Positions 1-9,623 of a stretch of DNA of 64,000 nucleotides are shown piece after piece (within the stretch, counting starts at the first letter, position 1; each line of letters opens with the position of its first letter). Source of the stretch: Gemmatimonadota bacterium (lineage in GTDB: Bacteria; Gemmatimonadota; Gemmatimonadetes; Gemmatimonadales; GWC2-71-9). The DNA lies in assembly GCA_039588295.1 (NCBI GenBank), contig JBDHAB010000007.1:162307-226306 (forward strand), given 5' to 3'. Below the pieces are notes generated by a model. That model saw only the letters and a list, made by a program, of their open reading frames with translations, searched no databases and was not told the DNA's origin. Position numbers and translations under genes: made by a program.

Positions 1-1
1 C

Positions 2-1078
2 CGTGGGGGCTTCGCGCTCGTCGATCGCGTGCGGGGCACGCGGTATCCGGCGTTGGCGACGGTCATGAGCGAGCGAGACGCTGGTGATCTCTACACGCAT
101 CAACCGGAGCCCAACGCGCGGCCCCAATGGGCCGCCTGGGGGAACGTCCGTCGGGTGTGGGGCGGACCGCTGATCGCGTCGCTGGCGCGAGACTTCCACA
201 TCGGCGGACGGGTGCGGGGGACGATGTACGCACGACTCGATGCGGGCTCGCGCCTCGTCCGATTCGTGGTCGAGGGACGCAACGACCAAGGCGATCACCG
301 TTTGCGAGTCGTCTTTCCCAGTCCACGTGCACGCGGCACGCGGGCCGTCGCCGACATGCACTACGGTCCGGTCGCGCGTGACCGATACGATTGGTCCGCG
401 GACGAGCACCCACTGGAGTGGCCTGTCGATACCGCGCCGATGCATCGCTACGTGAGTGTGGCGGAGGGCCTCACGGTCTTTGCCCGGGGGCTCTATGAGT
501 ACGAGCTGCTGCGGAACGGCGCGATTGCCATCACGCTCTTCCGCGCCGTTGACAATCTCTCGCGCGACGATCTTCCAGCCCGACCGGGGCACGCTGGGTG
601 GCCGGTACCCACACCGGATGCCGGAGAACGCGGGGTGTTCCGCGCCGAGCTGGCGATCGCGACGATGGGCATCGAACTGGGCAGCTCGGTGGCCCAGTGG
701 GACGAGCTCGAGCGCCTCAGTGAAGAGTTTCACGCACCCATGGCGGGGTGGATGATCCGGCATGGTGTCGCTGTGCCGAAACGGGTACAGGGACCGGAAC
801 TCAGCGGTGATGGGCTCGTGCTCAAATCTGTGAAGCGGAGTGAGTCGGGCGGGGCAATCGTCTTGCGAGTGGCCAATCCTGTGAATGCCCCGGTGTCCGG
901 CCGCTGGACCTGTCCGTTCGCCATCAAACAGGTCCGCCGAGTCCGCCTCGACGAGACCCCGTGTCCCGAGCAACTGGTCGAGGTGGCGGGCAATCAGATC
1001 GAGTTCGTGGCGGCACCCGGCGAGGTCGTGACACTCGTGGTGGAACCGGCGCTTGAACCGATCGCCTCGCAAGCCTAG
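2..1078 (+). CDS. Glycoside hydrolase family 38 (alpha-mannosidase / MngB-like), C-terminal part, 5'-truncated by window
   Basis: Frame is open from base 2. GH38 C-terminal motifs DAGDLY, DHRLRVVF, GLYEYE and ITLFRAV..LSR.DL..R.GHAG..PTP.A. Confidence 0.8.
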   Translation, partial: RGGFALVDRVRGTRYPALATVMSERDAGDLYTHQPEPNARPQWAAWGNVRRVWGGPLIASLARDFHIGGRVRGTMYARLDAGSRLVRFVVEGRNDQGDHRLRVVFPSPRARGTRAVADMHYGPVARDRYDWSADEHPLEWPVDTAPMHRYVSVAEGLTVFARGLYEYELLRNGAIAITLFRAVDNLSRDDLPARPGHAGWPVPTPDAGERGVFRAELAIATMGIELGSSVAQWDELERLSEEFHAPMAGWMIRHGVAVPKRVQGPELSGDGLVLKSVKRSESGGAIVLRVANPVNAPVSGRWTCPFAIKQVRRVRLDETPCPEQLVEVAGNQIEFVAAPGEVVTLVVEPALEPIASQA

Positions 1079-1158
1079 TGTGAACGACGGGTTACTGGAA
1101 CTCGAGTCTTCACACCCCATTGGCGCTCGCTGTCGTGCGAGCGCCCACGAGGTGCGTC

Positions 1159-1662
1159 ATGCGTTCTGAGACCAAGGCAATCCTGACCGGTGGGATGTTC
1201 GCGGGACTCCTCGGCTATGCGACGGTGGTGATCCTGTTCGCATTGCTCAACGCGCTGGCGGGACGGTCGCTGTTTCACACGCCCGCCATGTTTGGCGGGG
1301 CGTTGTTCTACGGACTCGACGACCCGGCAACCCTGCAAATCGCGCCGGGACCGGTGTTGTCGTACAACATGGTGCATGTGCTCGCGTTCGTGGCGGCGGG
1401 GCTGTTTGCCTCTTGGCTCGTTGCGAAGGCCGAGAAGTATCCCGTTGCGCGCTTCATCATCCTCTTCGTCCTGATCTTCGTTGCGGCTCACATTTACGCG
1501 GCCCTGCTCGTGTTTGCGCGCCCGCTCCTGGCAGGTTCGGCTTGGTGGGAAATTGGTGTGGTGAGTCTATCGGCCATGCTCGTGATGGGATGGTACCTGC
1601 TGCGTCAGCACCCGCTACTCCGTCGTCAGCTGAGAACGATCCCGCTCGGCGATGAAGAGTAG
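1159..1662 (+). CDS. Hypothetical integral membrane protein (about 4 TM)
   Basis: ATG at 1159 preceded by GAGGT; several long hydrophobic segments. Confidence 0.7.
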   Translation: MRSETKAILTGGMFAGLLGYATVVILFALLNALAGRSLFHTPAMFGGALFYGLDDPATLQIAPGPVLSYNMVHVLAFVAAGLFASWLVAKAEKYPVARFIILFVLIFVAAHIYAALLVFARPLLAGSAWWEIGVVSLSAMLVMGWYLLRQHPLLRRQLRTIPLGDEE

Positions 1663-1701
1663 CCGGCGGTGGGGCAGTGTCCTGCGCAGGCACCCACTCC
1701 G

Positions 1702-2589
1702 CTAGTCCGTCCCGGTCGCCGTGACGACGGACCCGGCAGCTGACCGCCTGGTCGTCGGATCGAGGAGATCCCGTAACCCGTCGCCCAGGAGGTTGCAGCC
1801 TACGACGGTGAGTGCGATGGCGAGCCCCGGAAACGTGGCGATCCACCAGGCATTGACGAGTGCGTCACGGCCGTTCGCGATCATGCTGCCCCACGATGGG
1901 GCCGGCGCGGGGACACCCAGCCCCAGAAACGAGAGCCCGGCTTCGAGCATGATCGCGTTGCCTACGCCGAGCGCGGCTGCGACGATCAGTGGTGTGAGCG
2001 CGTTTGGCACGAGATGACGTCGAATCAATCGCCACCGCCCGATGCCGGTTGCCCTGGCCGCGGTGACGAACGGGCGTGCCATGACGCCCTTCACTTCCGC
2101 GCGCGCCAGGCGTGAGATGCTCATCCATCCCGTCAGTCCGAGGACGAGCACCACGAGCGCGAGACTGCGCTCCCACAGCGTCACGAGCGCGAGCAGCAAC
2201 ACGATACGCGGCATCGCGAGTGCTGCGTCCGTGATCGCCATGAGCACTCGCTCCGTCATCCCCCCCACCACGGCCGATACGATGCCGATGCTACCGCCCA
2301 ACACGACGGAGACGGCCACGGCGCAGATGCCCACGATGAGCGAGATCCGCGCACCAAAGACCAGCCGTGAGAACACGTCGCGGCCCAAGGCATCGGTGCC
2401 GAGGAGGTGTGTCGTGCCGTCAGACCCGACGCTGAAGGGGGCGAGAAACCGTGTGGCCAGGATGTTCCCTTGCTGTGTTGGATCGGCCGGGGCGACGGCC
2501 GGCGCCAGGAGAGCGAGGAGGATCAGTACCGCCAGGATCGTGATCCCGGTGACCGTGCGGCCGTCCGACCACAAGCGGTTGGGCGTCAC
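1702..2589 (-). CDS. dppC: Peptide/nickel ABC transporter permease, DppC/OppC family
   Basis: HLLGTDALGRDVFSRLVFGARISL, EAA-like loop FVTAARATG and LSFLGLG. GTG start overlaps the dppB stop (GTGA); the ORF-track extension to 3381 is not believed. Confidence 0.9.
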   Translation of the reverse strand: MTPNRLWSDGRTVTGITILAVLILLALLAPAVAPADPTQQGNILATRFLAPFSVGSDGTTHLLGTDALGRDVFSRLVFGARISLIVGICAVAVSVVLGGSIGIVSAVVGGMTERVLMAITDAALAMPRIVLLLALVTLWERSLALVVLVLGLTGWMSISRLARAEVKGVMARPFVTAARATGIGRWRLIRRHLVPNALTPLIVAAALGVGNAIMLEAGLSFLGLGVPAPAPSWGSMIANGRDALVNAWWIATFPGLAIALTVVGCNLLGDGLRDLLDPTTRRSAAGSVVTATGTD

Positions 2590-3581
2590 GGCGTGCCGCG
2601 CCGGAGACGGGGGTCCGCAGCGGTGTACAACACGTCTGCCAGTATATTGCCGACGACGACCAGCACGGCGAAGGTCGCGGTCGTGGCCATGACGACGGGG
2701 TAATCTCGTGCTCCTACCGCGTCGACCATCACGCGGCCCATGCCGGGCCAGGCGAAGATCACCTCGACGAACACCGTGCCCGAGAAGAGTGCCGGTAAGG
2801 AGAGCCCCAACAGCGTAATGATCGGGAGGAGTGCATTCCGCAGCACGTGGCGTCCCTCCACGATGGTCGGGTGAAGACCCTTGGCGCGGGCGGTTCGCAC
2901 AAACGCGTGCCCTCGGACATCGAGAACCGCGCCGCGGGCGAACCGCGCGGCGCCCGCCGCGCCGATGGCGGACAGCGTGACGAGCGGCAACGCGAGGTGC
3001 CGGAGACGGTCGACGAGGCGCTCCCAGGGGGTGAGAAACTGGGCGTCGAGGCCGGCGACACCGAGTGCAGGGAACTGGAGCCACGCTGGCCAGCCCAGGC
3101 GCGCTGCGGTATAGCTGAAGACGAGGACCAGCATGATGGCCAGCCAGTATGCGGGCATGCCGTACACCAACAAGGTTCCGACGGTCAGTCCGGTATCGAC
3201 GGCGGTCCGTCGCCGCGCGGCCTGAACCGCGCCGATTACGACGCCGACGAGGTAGGTTAGGAGCAGTGAACAGCCAGACAGGAGCACGGTGTGGGGGAGT
3301 GCGTCGAGGATCACCCGTACCACGGGCCGCTGTTGCGAGAAACTCGTCCCCCAGTCGCCCTGTGCGAAGCTGACGAGCCATGCCACGTATCGGGAGATGA
3401 TTGGCCGATCGAGCCCCAACGCGCGGCGGGCCGCCGCTAACTGCTCCGCTCCAGCCCCCGGGGCTACCCAGAGCCTCGCGGGATCGCCGGGAGTGAGGCT
3501 GACGAGGAGGAAGGTGATGGTCACGACGGCGAAGACGATGCCGACGCCGAACGCGAAGCGCTTTCCGACCTGACGGATCAT
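2586..3581 (-). CDS. dppB: Peptide/nickel ABC transporter permease, DppB/OppB family
   Basis: PGDPA, LGLDRP, GDWGTSF, FVRTARAKGL, VEVIFAWPGMG, RDYPVV. Confidence 0.92.
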   Translation of the reverse strand: MIRQVGKRFAFGVGIVFAVVTITFLLVSLTPGDPARLWVAPGAGAEQLAAARRALGLDRPIISRYVAWLVSFAQGDWGTSFSQQRPVVRVILDALPHTVLLSGCSLLLTYLVGVVIGAVQAARRRTAVDTGLTVGTLLVYGMPAYWLAIMLVLVFSYTAARLGWPAWLQFPALGVAGLDAQFLTPWERLVDRLRHLALPLVTLSAIGAAGAARFARGAVLDVRGHAFVRTARAKGLHPTIVEGRHVLRNALLPIITLLGLSLPALFSGTVFVEVIFAWPGMGRVMVDAVGARDYPVVMATTATFAVLVVVGNILADVLYTAADPRLRRGTP

Positions 3582-5169
3582 GCGCTACTCTCGCGTTGTT
3601 GCCACCGTGGCGTCAACCCTTTCGCTCTTCCTGACGGCGTCGTGCCACGTCGGCGCCGGGCCGGGACGCCGCGGCACGGTGATCTACGCCTCCGGGTCGG
3701 ACCTACAGTCCATCAATCCCCTTATCGCCGTCCATCCCCTCGCCAAGGCGGTGCAGAAGCACCTCTTGTTCCTGACGTTGGCCACCTATGACTCGACCAT
3801 GCAGCCGATGCCCCGGCTGGCGTCGTGGCAGTGGCATGGTGGCCGCACAGCTCTCGTATTTCACGTCCGGCAGGATGTGTGGTGGCACGACGGCATCAAG
3901 ACCAGCGCCGCGGACGTCGCGTGGACGCTCGACATGGCGCGCGCGCCGGAAGTCGCGTACCCCCGCGCCCGCGACTTCGCCGATGTGCTTGCCGTGACAC
4001 AATTGGATTCGTTTTCGGTCGAGATTCGATTTCGTAACGGGCAGCCGGTGTTCCCCGATGTGTTCACGGATATCGCCATTCTCCCGGCACACCGGTTCCG
4101 CGGAACGGAAGCGACCGCGATCCGTCGGGCGCCGTTCAACGCACACCCCGTGGGCAACGGGCCGTTCGAGTTCGTGGAGTATCTCCCTCGGCAGCGGTGG
4201 GTCTTTCGCCGGCACAGTGGCTTTCCCATCGAGCTCGGTACACCGCAGATCGAACGGTTTGTGATTACGGTCGTGGACGAGCCCGCTACCAAGCTGGCGG
4301 CCCTGACGTCGGGCGAGTTGGACTTTGCCGGGATCAGTCCTGCCCACGCCACGTTCGTGCGCGACGACAAGCGCCTTCGCGCGGTCGACTTCCCGGTACT
4401 CTTTGTGTACGCCGTGATCTGGAATCTTCGACGGGAGCCGTTTACCGACGTGCGGGTACGTCGGGCGCTAACCCAGGCGCTGGATCGGCAGCTGATCGTC
4501 GATGCCTACCTCTACGGTTTCGGCGCCGTTGCGGATGGGCCGGTCCCGCCCGAGCATCCGTGGTTCGTGAAGCCGGTCGCGGTGCCGCATGACCCGGCAG
4601 GAGCGGCACGAGCGCTCGAACGAATCGGTTGGCGACTCGGACCAGATGGGATTCGGCAGAAGGACGGACGGCGTCTAGCGTTCGATCTCCTCACGGTGGG
4701 GAGCGGAGACAACGCGCTCGAACAGATGATCCAAGCCCAGTTGCACCAAGTCGGAGTCGAGGTCACGATCCGGCAACGGGAGCTGGGGTCGTTTCTCTCC
4801 ACGGTACAGGGATCCGCACGCGACTTCGATGCGATTGTCACCGGGATTCCTGGGGATCTCTCTCTCAGTTACGTGCTCGCGATGTTCGACGGCCGGGACG
4901 CCGGCCCGCTGGCCTACCCCGGCTTGCAGAGCGGTGCCTTCGAGGCCGCCGCCGATGCCGTGCGCGACGCTCAGAATGCCGCGGAGCTGGAACATGCCTG
5001 GTCTCGGGTGCAGACGATCCTCGTGGAGGAGCACCCGACGACCTGGCTCTACCACGCCCGTGGCCTGCAAGGTATGAGCAATCGCGTGCGCGCTCCGGCG
5101 ACCGATTTGCGCGGTGAGCTCGCCAGCGTGGCGCGATGGACCATCGTCGAGACGGAGCGGGATCCGTGA
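3580..5169 (+). CDS. ABC transporter substrate-binding lipoprotein, family 5 (DppA/OppA-like)
   Basis: Lipobox-like LTASC; WHDG..TSAADV, PVGNGPF, VRRALTQALDR. Start codon uncertain. Confidence 0.9.
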   Translation: MRYSRVVATVASTLSLFLTASCHVGAGPGRRGTVIYASGSDLQSINPLIAVHPLAKAVQKHLLFLTLATYDSTMQPMPRLASWQWHGGRTALVFHVRQDVWWHDGIKTSAADVAWTLDMARAPEVAYPRARDFADVLAVTQLDSFSVEIRFRNGQPVFPDVFTDIAILPAHRFRGTEATAIRRAPFNAHPVGNGPFEFVEYLPRQRWVFRRHSGFPIELGTPQIERFVITVVDEPATKLAALTSGELDFAGISPAHATFVRDDKRLRAVDFPVLFVYAVIWNLRREPFTDVRVRRALTQALDRQLIVDAYLYGFGAVADGPVPPEHPWFVKPVAVPHDPAGAARALERIGWRLGPDGIRQKDGRRLAFDLLTVGSGDNALEQMIQAQLHQVGVEVTIRQRELGSFLSTVQGSARDFDAIVTGIPGDLSLSYVLAMFDGRDAGPLAYPGLQSGAFEAAADAVRDAQNAAELEHAWSRVQTILVEEHPTTWLYHARGLQGMSNRVRAPATDLRGELASVARWTIVETERDP

Positions 5170-6188
5170 GCGTTCGCACGAAGGCGCCAATGCGGATCGA
5201 CTTCGCCGGCGGTTGGACGGATACGCCGCAGTACGCGGATCGGGTGGGTGGTGTGGTCGTCAACGGCGCGATCTCACTCCACGTTCGGGTTGATTTTCTC
5301 TTGGGCGACCGGCGGATTCGTCTGCGTGCGGAGGATCTCGGCGAACGGGCGTCGTTTGCGTCCTCCGGTTCGATGAAATACGACGGCAATCTGGACCTGC
5401 ACAAGGCCGCGCTGAACATGTTCCCGGTGACTGGTGGGATCGAGATCCTATCACGGTCGGATGCCCCAAGTGGCTCCGGGCTTGGTGCGTCCGGCGCGCT
5501 GGACGTTGCGCTATTGGCGGGTCTCGCGCGTTGTCGGCAGGAGGACTACTCAGCGGAAGAGCTCGCCGAGCTCGGGTTCGAGCTGGAGACTCGGGAACTC
5601 CAACTGCTCGGCGGACGGCAGGATCAGTACGCGGCGGCCTTGGGCGGGTTCCATCAGTTCGCGTTCTCCGCCGACGGGATCGAGGCACGCCGGCTTCAAG
5701 TCGATGCCGAAGCGGCCCGCGATCTCGCCGATCATCTCGTCCTCGCCTATACCGGTCATTCCCATTTTTCGTCCGCGACTCACCAGCGGGTCTGGTCGGC
5801 GTTCGAAAGTGGGGACCAAGTGGTGACCGAGGCCCTGCACGCGATCCGCGAGCTGGCGCCGTCGGCGAAGAGTGCGTTGGAGGCCGGGAACTGGCGGGAT
5901 CTGGCGAAGGTCGTCAGCGAGAATTGGGGCCAGCAACAACGCCTCGACGCGACCATCGCAACAGAGAGCACGCGTCGAATCGAACGGGCGGTAGTTGCGG
6001 CCGGGGCGTGGGGTCTCAAGGCCACCGGTGCGGGTGCCGGCGGATGCGTGACGATTCTCTGTCCACCCACGGGACGAGTCGAGGTCGTCCGGGCGGCCGA
6101 GGCGACGGGCGCCACGATTCTCGACGTCGAGTTCGTGCCGGAGGGCGTGGAGGTGCGGGAGGAAGAGGATGCTCTGCGTTCCGAGTGA
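5166..6188 (+). CDS. GHMP-family sugar kinase (HddA/fucokinase-like)
   Basis: APMRIDFAGGWTD, PSGSGLGASG, GGRQDQYAAALGG, GAGAGGC. GTGA overlap with upstream stop. Confidence 0.88.
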   Translation: MSVRTKAPMRIDFAGGWTDTPQYADRVGGVVVNGAISLHVRVDFLLGDRRIRLRAEDLGERASFASSGSMKYDGNLDLHKAALNMFPVTGGIEILSRSDAPSGSGLGASGALDVALLAGLARCRQEDYSAEELAELGFELETRELQLLGGRQDQYAAALGGFHQFAFSADGIEARRLQVDAEAARDLADHLVLAYTGHSHFSSATHQRVWSAFESGDQVVTEALHAIRELAPSAKSALEAGNWRDLAKVVSENWGQQQRLDATIATESTRRIERAVVAAGAWGLKATGAGAGGCVTILCPPTGRVEVVRAAEATGATILDVEFVPEGVEVREEEDALRSE

Positions 6189-8901
6189 GGAACTCGCCGC
6201 CCGGCGAGAAGCCGTTACGCAGGATCCCACGCTTGCGGCGCTGGCCGCCCGCCTTCGGCGGCTGCTAGAGCCCATGCTCACCGGATCGATCTACATGCCG
6301 GAAGAGAAGGCGCTTCTGTCCCGAGACGGAGGCATCTGTCCCACCGACGGCGCTCGATTGACGTTCGATCCGCTACATCGCGACGATCATGCCTGCCCCC
6401 AGTGTGGCGCGGTGCTGGAAGGAGAGCGGCACCGTCGGGCGTGGATTTGGCGGTATCATCTGTGGCTGTCCGAGCGGGCGATTCATCTCGGGCTGCTCTC
6501 GCACCTGCTGGGCCAGCCGGCATTGCGTATGCGTGCCAAAGAGATCTTGCAGCGGTATGCCGCCGTCTACCCGACGATCCCCAATCGCGACAATGTCTTG
6601 GGACCGACCCGCCTGTTCTTCTCGACATATCTGGAGTCGCTCTGGCTCACGCAGATGGTGATTGCGGCATCGCTGATCGACGAAGACGAGGATCGACGTG
6701 ACTTCCGGTCGATGGTCGAAGAGTCGGCTGCGCTGATCGCCTCGTTCGACGAGGCGTGGTCCAACCGGCAGGTGTGGAACAACGCGGCGCTGGTGGCCGC
6801 GGGACACTTCCTCGGGAGGGAAGATCTCGTGCGTCTCGGCGTCGAGGGGCGTCATGGGCTGCGGGCGCAGCTGCAGCACGCCGTCACTGACGACGGACTG
6901 TGGTTTGAAGGGGAGAACTACCACTTCTTTGCGCTCCGCGGTCTTCTCCTCGGCGGCGAGATTCTTCGGGCAGCCGGCGTCGACCTCTACGCCGACCCCG
7001 AGCTTGGTCCCCGACTGGGTGCGATGTATCGAGCGCCGCTCGACACCGCGCTGCCGGACCTCAGCTTGCCGGCTCGGGGGGACGCACCGTACGGCGTGAG
7101 CCTGAGACAGCCCCGGTTCGCCGACCTCTGGGAAATCGCCCGTGTGCGGGCGCCGCACGCACGCGTCGACGCGATGCTGTCGGTCCTGTACGCCCTCGAT
7201 GGGGCGGAGCCGGACGATGTCGGGTTCGCCGAGATCGCCGAGCAGGAACAGAACCGACCACCCATGCGGCTGTCGCGGGAACGGCTGGGGTGGAAAGCGT
7301 TGCTCTGGATGTGCTCCGATCCTCCGCCGGGTGCGTCGACCGTTTGGCACCAAGGTTCACGGGTCTTGCCGGACGCTGGTGTGGCCGTGCTTCGGGACGG
7401 GTCCGGCAGCTACGCGAGCCTCGAGTGCGGTGGGCGGCCCGGTGGGCACGGCCATCCCGACCTGCTCCATCTGACGCTGTTTCACGAACGCTTGGTCTTG
7501 GGCGACTTTGGCACGGGTTCTTATGTCAATCCGTCGCTCCACTGGTATCGATCGACGCTGGCACACAACGCACCGGGCGTGGCCGGAAGCGGGCAATGGG
7601 CCAGGGCGGGATACTGTGCCGCGTTTGCCAGCGGTGACAGATGGCAGTGGTGCCGAGTGGCGGCGCAGGACGTCTTCGGACCGGAAACGACGGGGACGCG
7701 CACAGTGGTGCTGGGGCCCGACTATGCCTTCGACGCGGTCGACGTTGAGGTCCCGTCCGACGTCGTGGTGGATCTTCCGATCCATCCGCTGGGAGGGGTG
7801 GAGATCCCGGGAGATGCCGTACGGCTCGACGGAGGTGGAGCGGGCCACGCGTTCTCGGGTCTCGTCGCCGTCCACGCCGTGCCGGAGCTGCCGGCCCGTG
7901 TTCCGCTGGTGACTCCCGGCCGCGGGTGCGCCATGCTTCCCGTGCCACGGCCTGGCGAAGCCTTACTCCTTGCCACGGCGCCGGGTCCGCCCGATCTGCA
8001 GATGGCTGATGGCAAGGCCCTCACGTTTCTCGTGCGGCGTGCGCGCGGACGCGGGCGCTGGATGCAGGTCTACGAACTGAGGCCTGGCGCTGTCGAGGCG
8101 GTCCATGCTGATCGTGAGGGAGTGCGGATCGATCTGGCGGACGGCTCCGCCGAGCAGATCAAGTTGGATGCGCGCTCCGCGCGAGTGGTCGACCGGACCG
8201 GCAACACGATCGAGCTGACCGGCGCCGTGCCGACACCCCGATCCCCGGGTCGCAAGCGTGCAGTCCCGGAAGTAGTCGTGCCCGCGCCGCTCCTCGAGAC
8301 CACCCCCACGCCGGAGGACTGGCCCCGGGCGGTGCCGGCCGCCGCGGTCCGCTCGCTCGGTGCCCAGCAGTACCGGCGTTCCGAGTTGACGCACGAAGCA
8401 GCCGGAGGTATTCACGCGCGGGTTGCCCTGTTCGCCACCGGCAGTCGGGTGGGAGTCGCGGTGCTGGTGGAGAAACGGGATCTGTGCTTCCATGATCCCG
8501 ACGCGCCCGGACCGGAGTTGGACAACGAGGCGCCCGACATTCACTCCGACGGGATACAGTGGTACCTAGGCATCGACGGATGGCAGGGATTCGTGGTAGT
8601 GCCGGATCCGACCGATCGTGCGACGCACGTCCGGGTTGTCTCGGGCACCAGCATGGAGGCGACCGACATCGACGCGTGCTGGGGTCGGACACGCGGCGGC
8701 TACAGTTTGGTCGCAACGGTAGAAACCCATCAGCAGCTTGCAGCAGGCGACCGGATTCCGATGAACGTCGTGGTCAACGAGATGTACCCTGATCGAGCGC
8801 GTCGCGCGGGACAGCTGGCGCTCACCGGCGGTGGCGGATGGGTCTATCTGCGAGGTGACCGTGAATCGCCGTCGAATGCCGTCGTGGCGGAGGTGACGTG
8901 A
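6169..8901 (+). CDS. Heparinase II/III-family polysaccharide lyase-like protein (PL15/PL17-like) with N-terminal Cys motif and extra C-terminal domain
   Basis: NRQVW, DGLWFEGENYH, GHGHPDLL, YRSTLAHN; CPTDG...CPQCG near the N-terminus. Confidence 0.78.
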   Translation: MLCVPSEELAARREAVTQDPTLAALAARLRRLLEPMLTGSIYMPEEKALLSRDGGICPTDGARLTFDPLHRDDHACPQCGAVLEGERHRRAWIWRYHLWLSERAIHLGLLSHLLGQPALRMRAKEILQRYAAVYPTIPNRDNVLGPTRLFFSTYLESLWLTQMVIAASLIDEDEDRRDFRSMVEESAALIASFDEAWSNRQVWNNAALVAAGHFLGREDLVRLGVEGRHGLRAQLQHAVTDDGLWFEGENYHFFALRGLLLGGEILRAAGVDLYADPELGPRLGAMYRAPLDTALPDLSLPARGDAPYGVSLRQPRFADLWEIARVRAPHARVDAMLSVLYALDGAEPDDVGFAEIAEQEQNRPPMRLSRERLGWKALLWMCSDPPPGASTVWHQGSRVLPDAGVAVLRDGSGSYASLECGGRPGGHGHPDLLHLTLFHERLVLGDFGTGSYVNPSLHWYRSTLAHNAPGVAGSGQWARAGYCAAFASGDRWQWCRVAAQDVFGPETTGTRTVVLGPDYAFDAVDVEVPSDVVVDLPIHPLGGVEIPGDAVRLDGGGAGHAFSGLVAVHAVPELPARVPLVTPGRGCAMLPVPRPGEALLLATAPGPPDLQMADGKALTFLVRRARGRGRWMQVYELRPGAVEAVHADREGVRIDLADGSAEQIKLDARSARVVDRTGNTIELTGAVPTPRSPGRKRAVPEVVVPAPLLETTPTPEDWPRAVPAAAVRSLGAQQYRRSELTHEAAGGIHARVALFATGSRVGVAVLVEKRDLCFHDPDAPGPELDNEAPDIHSDGIQWYLGIDGWQGFVVVPDPTDRATHVRVVSGTSMEATDIDACWGRTRGGYSLVATVETHQQLAAGDRIPMNVVVNEMYPDRARRAGQLALTGGGGWVYLRGDRESPSNAVVAEVT

Positions 8902-9623
8902 GTCTCGCGGTCGTGTTGGTGCGGACGCAGGACCTCGTGAACATTGCGGGGGTTGTGCGCTCCATGAAGAACTTCGAGCTCCGCGACCTTCGGCTGGTGC
9001 AGCCGGAGGAGTTCGATCCCGTCCGGATCCAGGGCATTGCCCACCAGTCGGGTGATCTGCTCAAGCGGGTCCGGATGTTCGACGGTCTGGAGAGCGCCCT
9101 GGCCGACTGCACTCATGTGGCGGGTATGACGGCGCGGGAGCGGACGGCCAAGCGAAACCTGCAGCGGCCGCGCGAGGCGGCGCCCGAGCTCCTTGCAACC
9201 GCGAGGGCCGGCACCGCCGCCCTCGTCCTGGGGCCGGAAGACCGCGGTCTCACCAACGAAGAGCTGGATCGCTGCCACCGCAGCATCGTGATCCCGGCCA
9301 ATCCCGATCACTCCTCGTTGAACCTGGCGCAGGCGTTCACGGTCATGGCCTATGAGCTCTATGTGGCGCGCGGCACGCGACATTTCAAAGCGTCCCGCCG
9401 AGAGGCGCAACCGGCAACCGCGGCGCAACTCGAGCAGCTCTTCGCGAGTGCCGAAGAGGCGCTTCGCGCCATCGAGTTCTTCAAGACGCACACGACGGCG
9501 AGCATCATGCGAACGGTCCGCGAGGTCGTGCATCGCACGCCGGTGGACGCGCGCGAGGCGAAGCTCTTTCAGGCGATGTGTTACGAGGTGGTGCACTACC
9601 TCGACCGGAGGGGCGTGCGGTGA
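8898..9623 (+). CDS. trmJ: SPOUT tRNA/rRNA methyltransferase, TrmJ/LasT family
   Basis: NIAGVVRSMKNF, LGPEDRGLTNEELDRC, IPANPDHSSLNLAQA. Confidence 0.88.
   Translation: MSLAVVLVRTQDLVNIAGVVRSMKNFELRDLRLVQPEEFDPVRIQGIAHQSGDLLKRVRMFDGLESALADCTHVAGMTARERTAKRNLQRPREAAPELLATARAGTAALVLGPEDRGLTNEELDRCHRSIVIPANPDHSSLNLAQAFTVMAYELYVARGTRHFKASRREAQPATAAQLEQLFASAEEALRAIEFFKTHTTASIMRTVREVVHRTPVDAREAKLFQAMCYEVVHYLDRRGVR

Noticed and set aside
2590..3381. N-terminal 264 aa of the 559-aa ORF 1702..3381
   Set aside because: It overlaps dppB in another frame and is Arg/Pro-rich noise; DppC similarity begins at the GTG at 2589.
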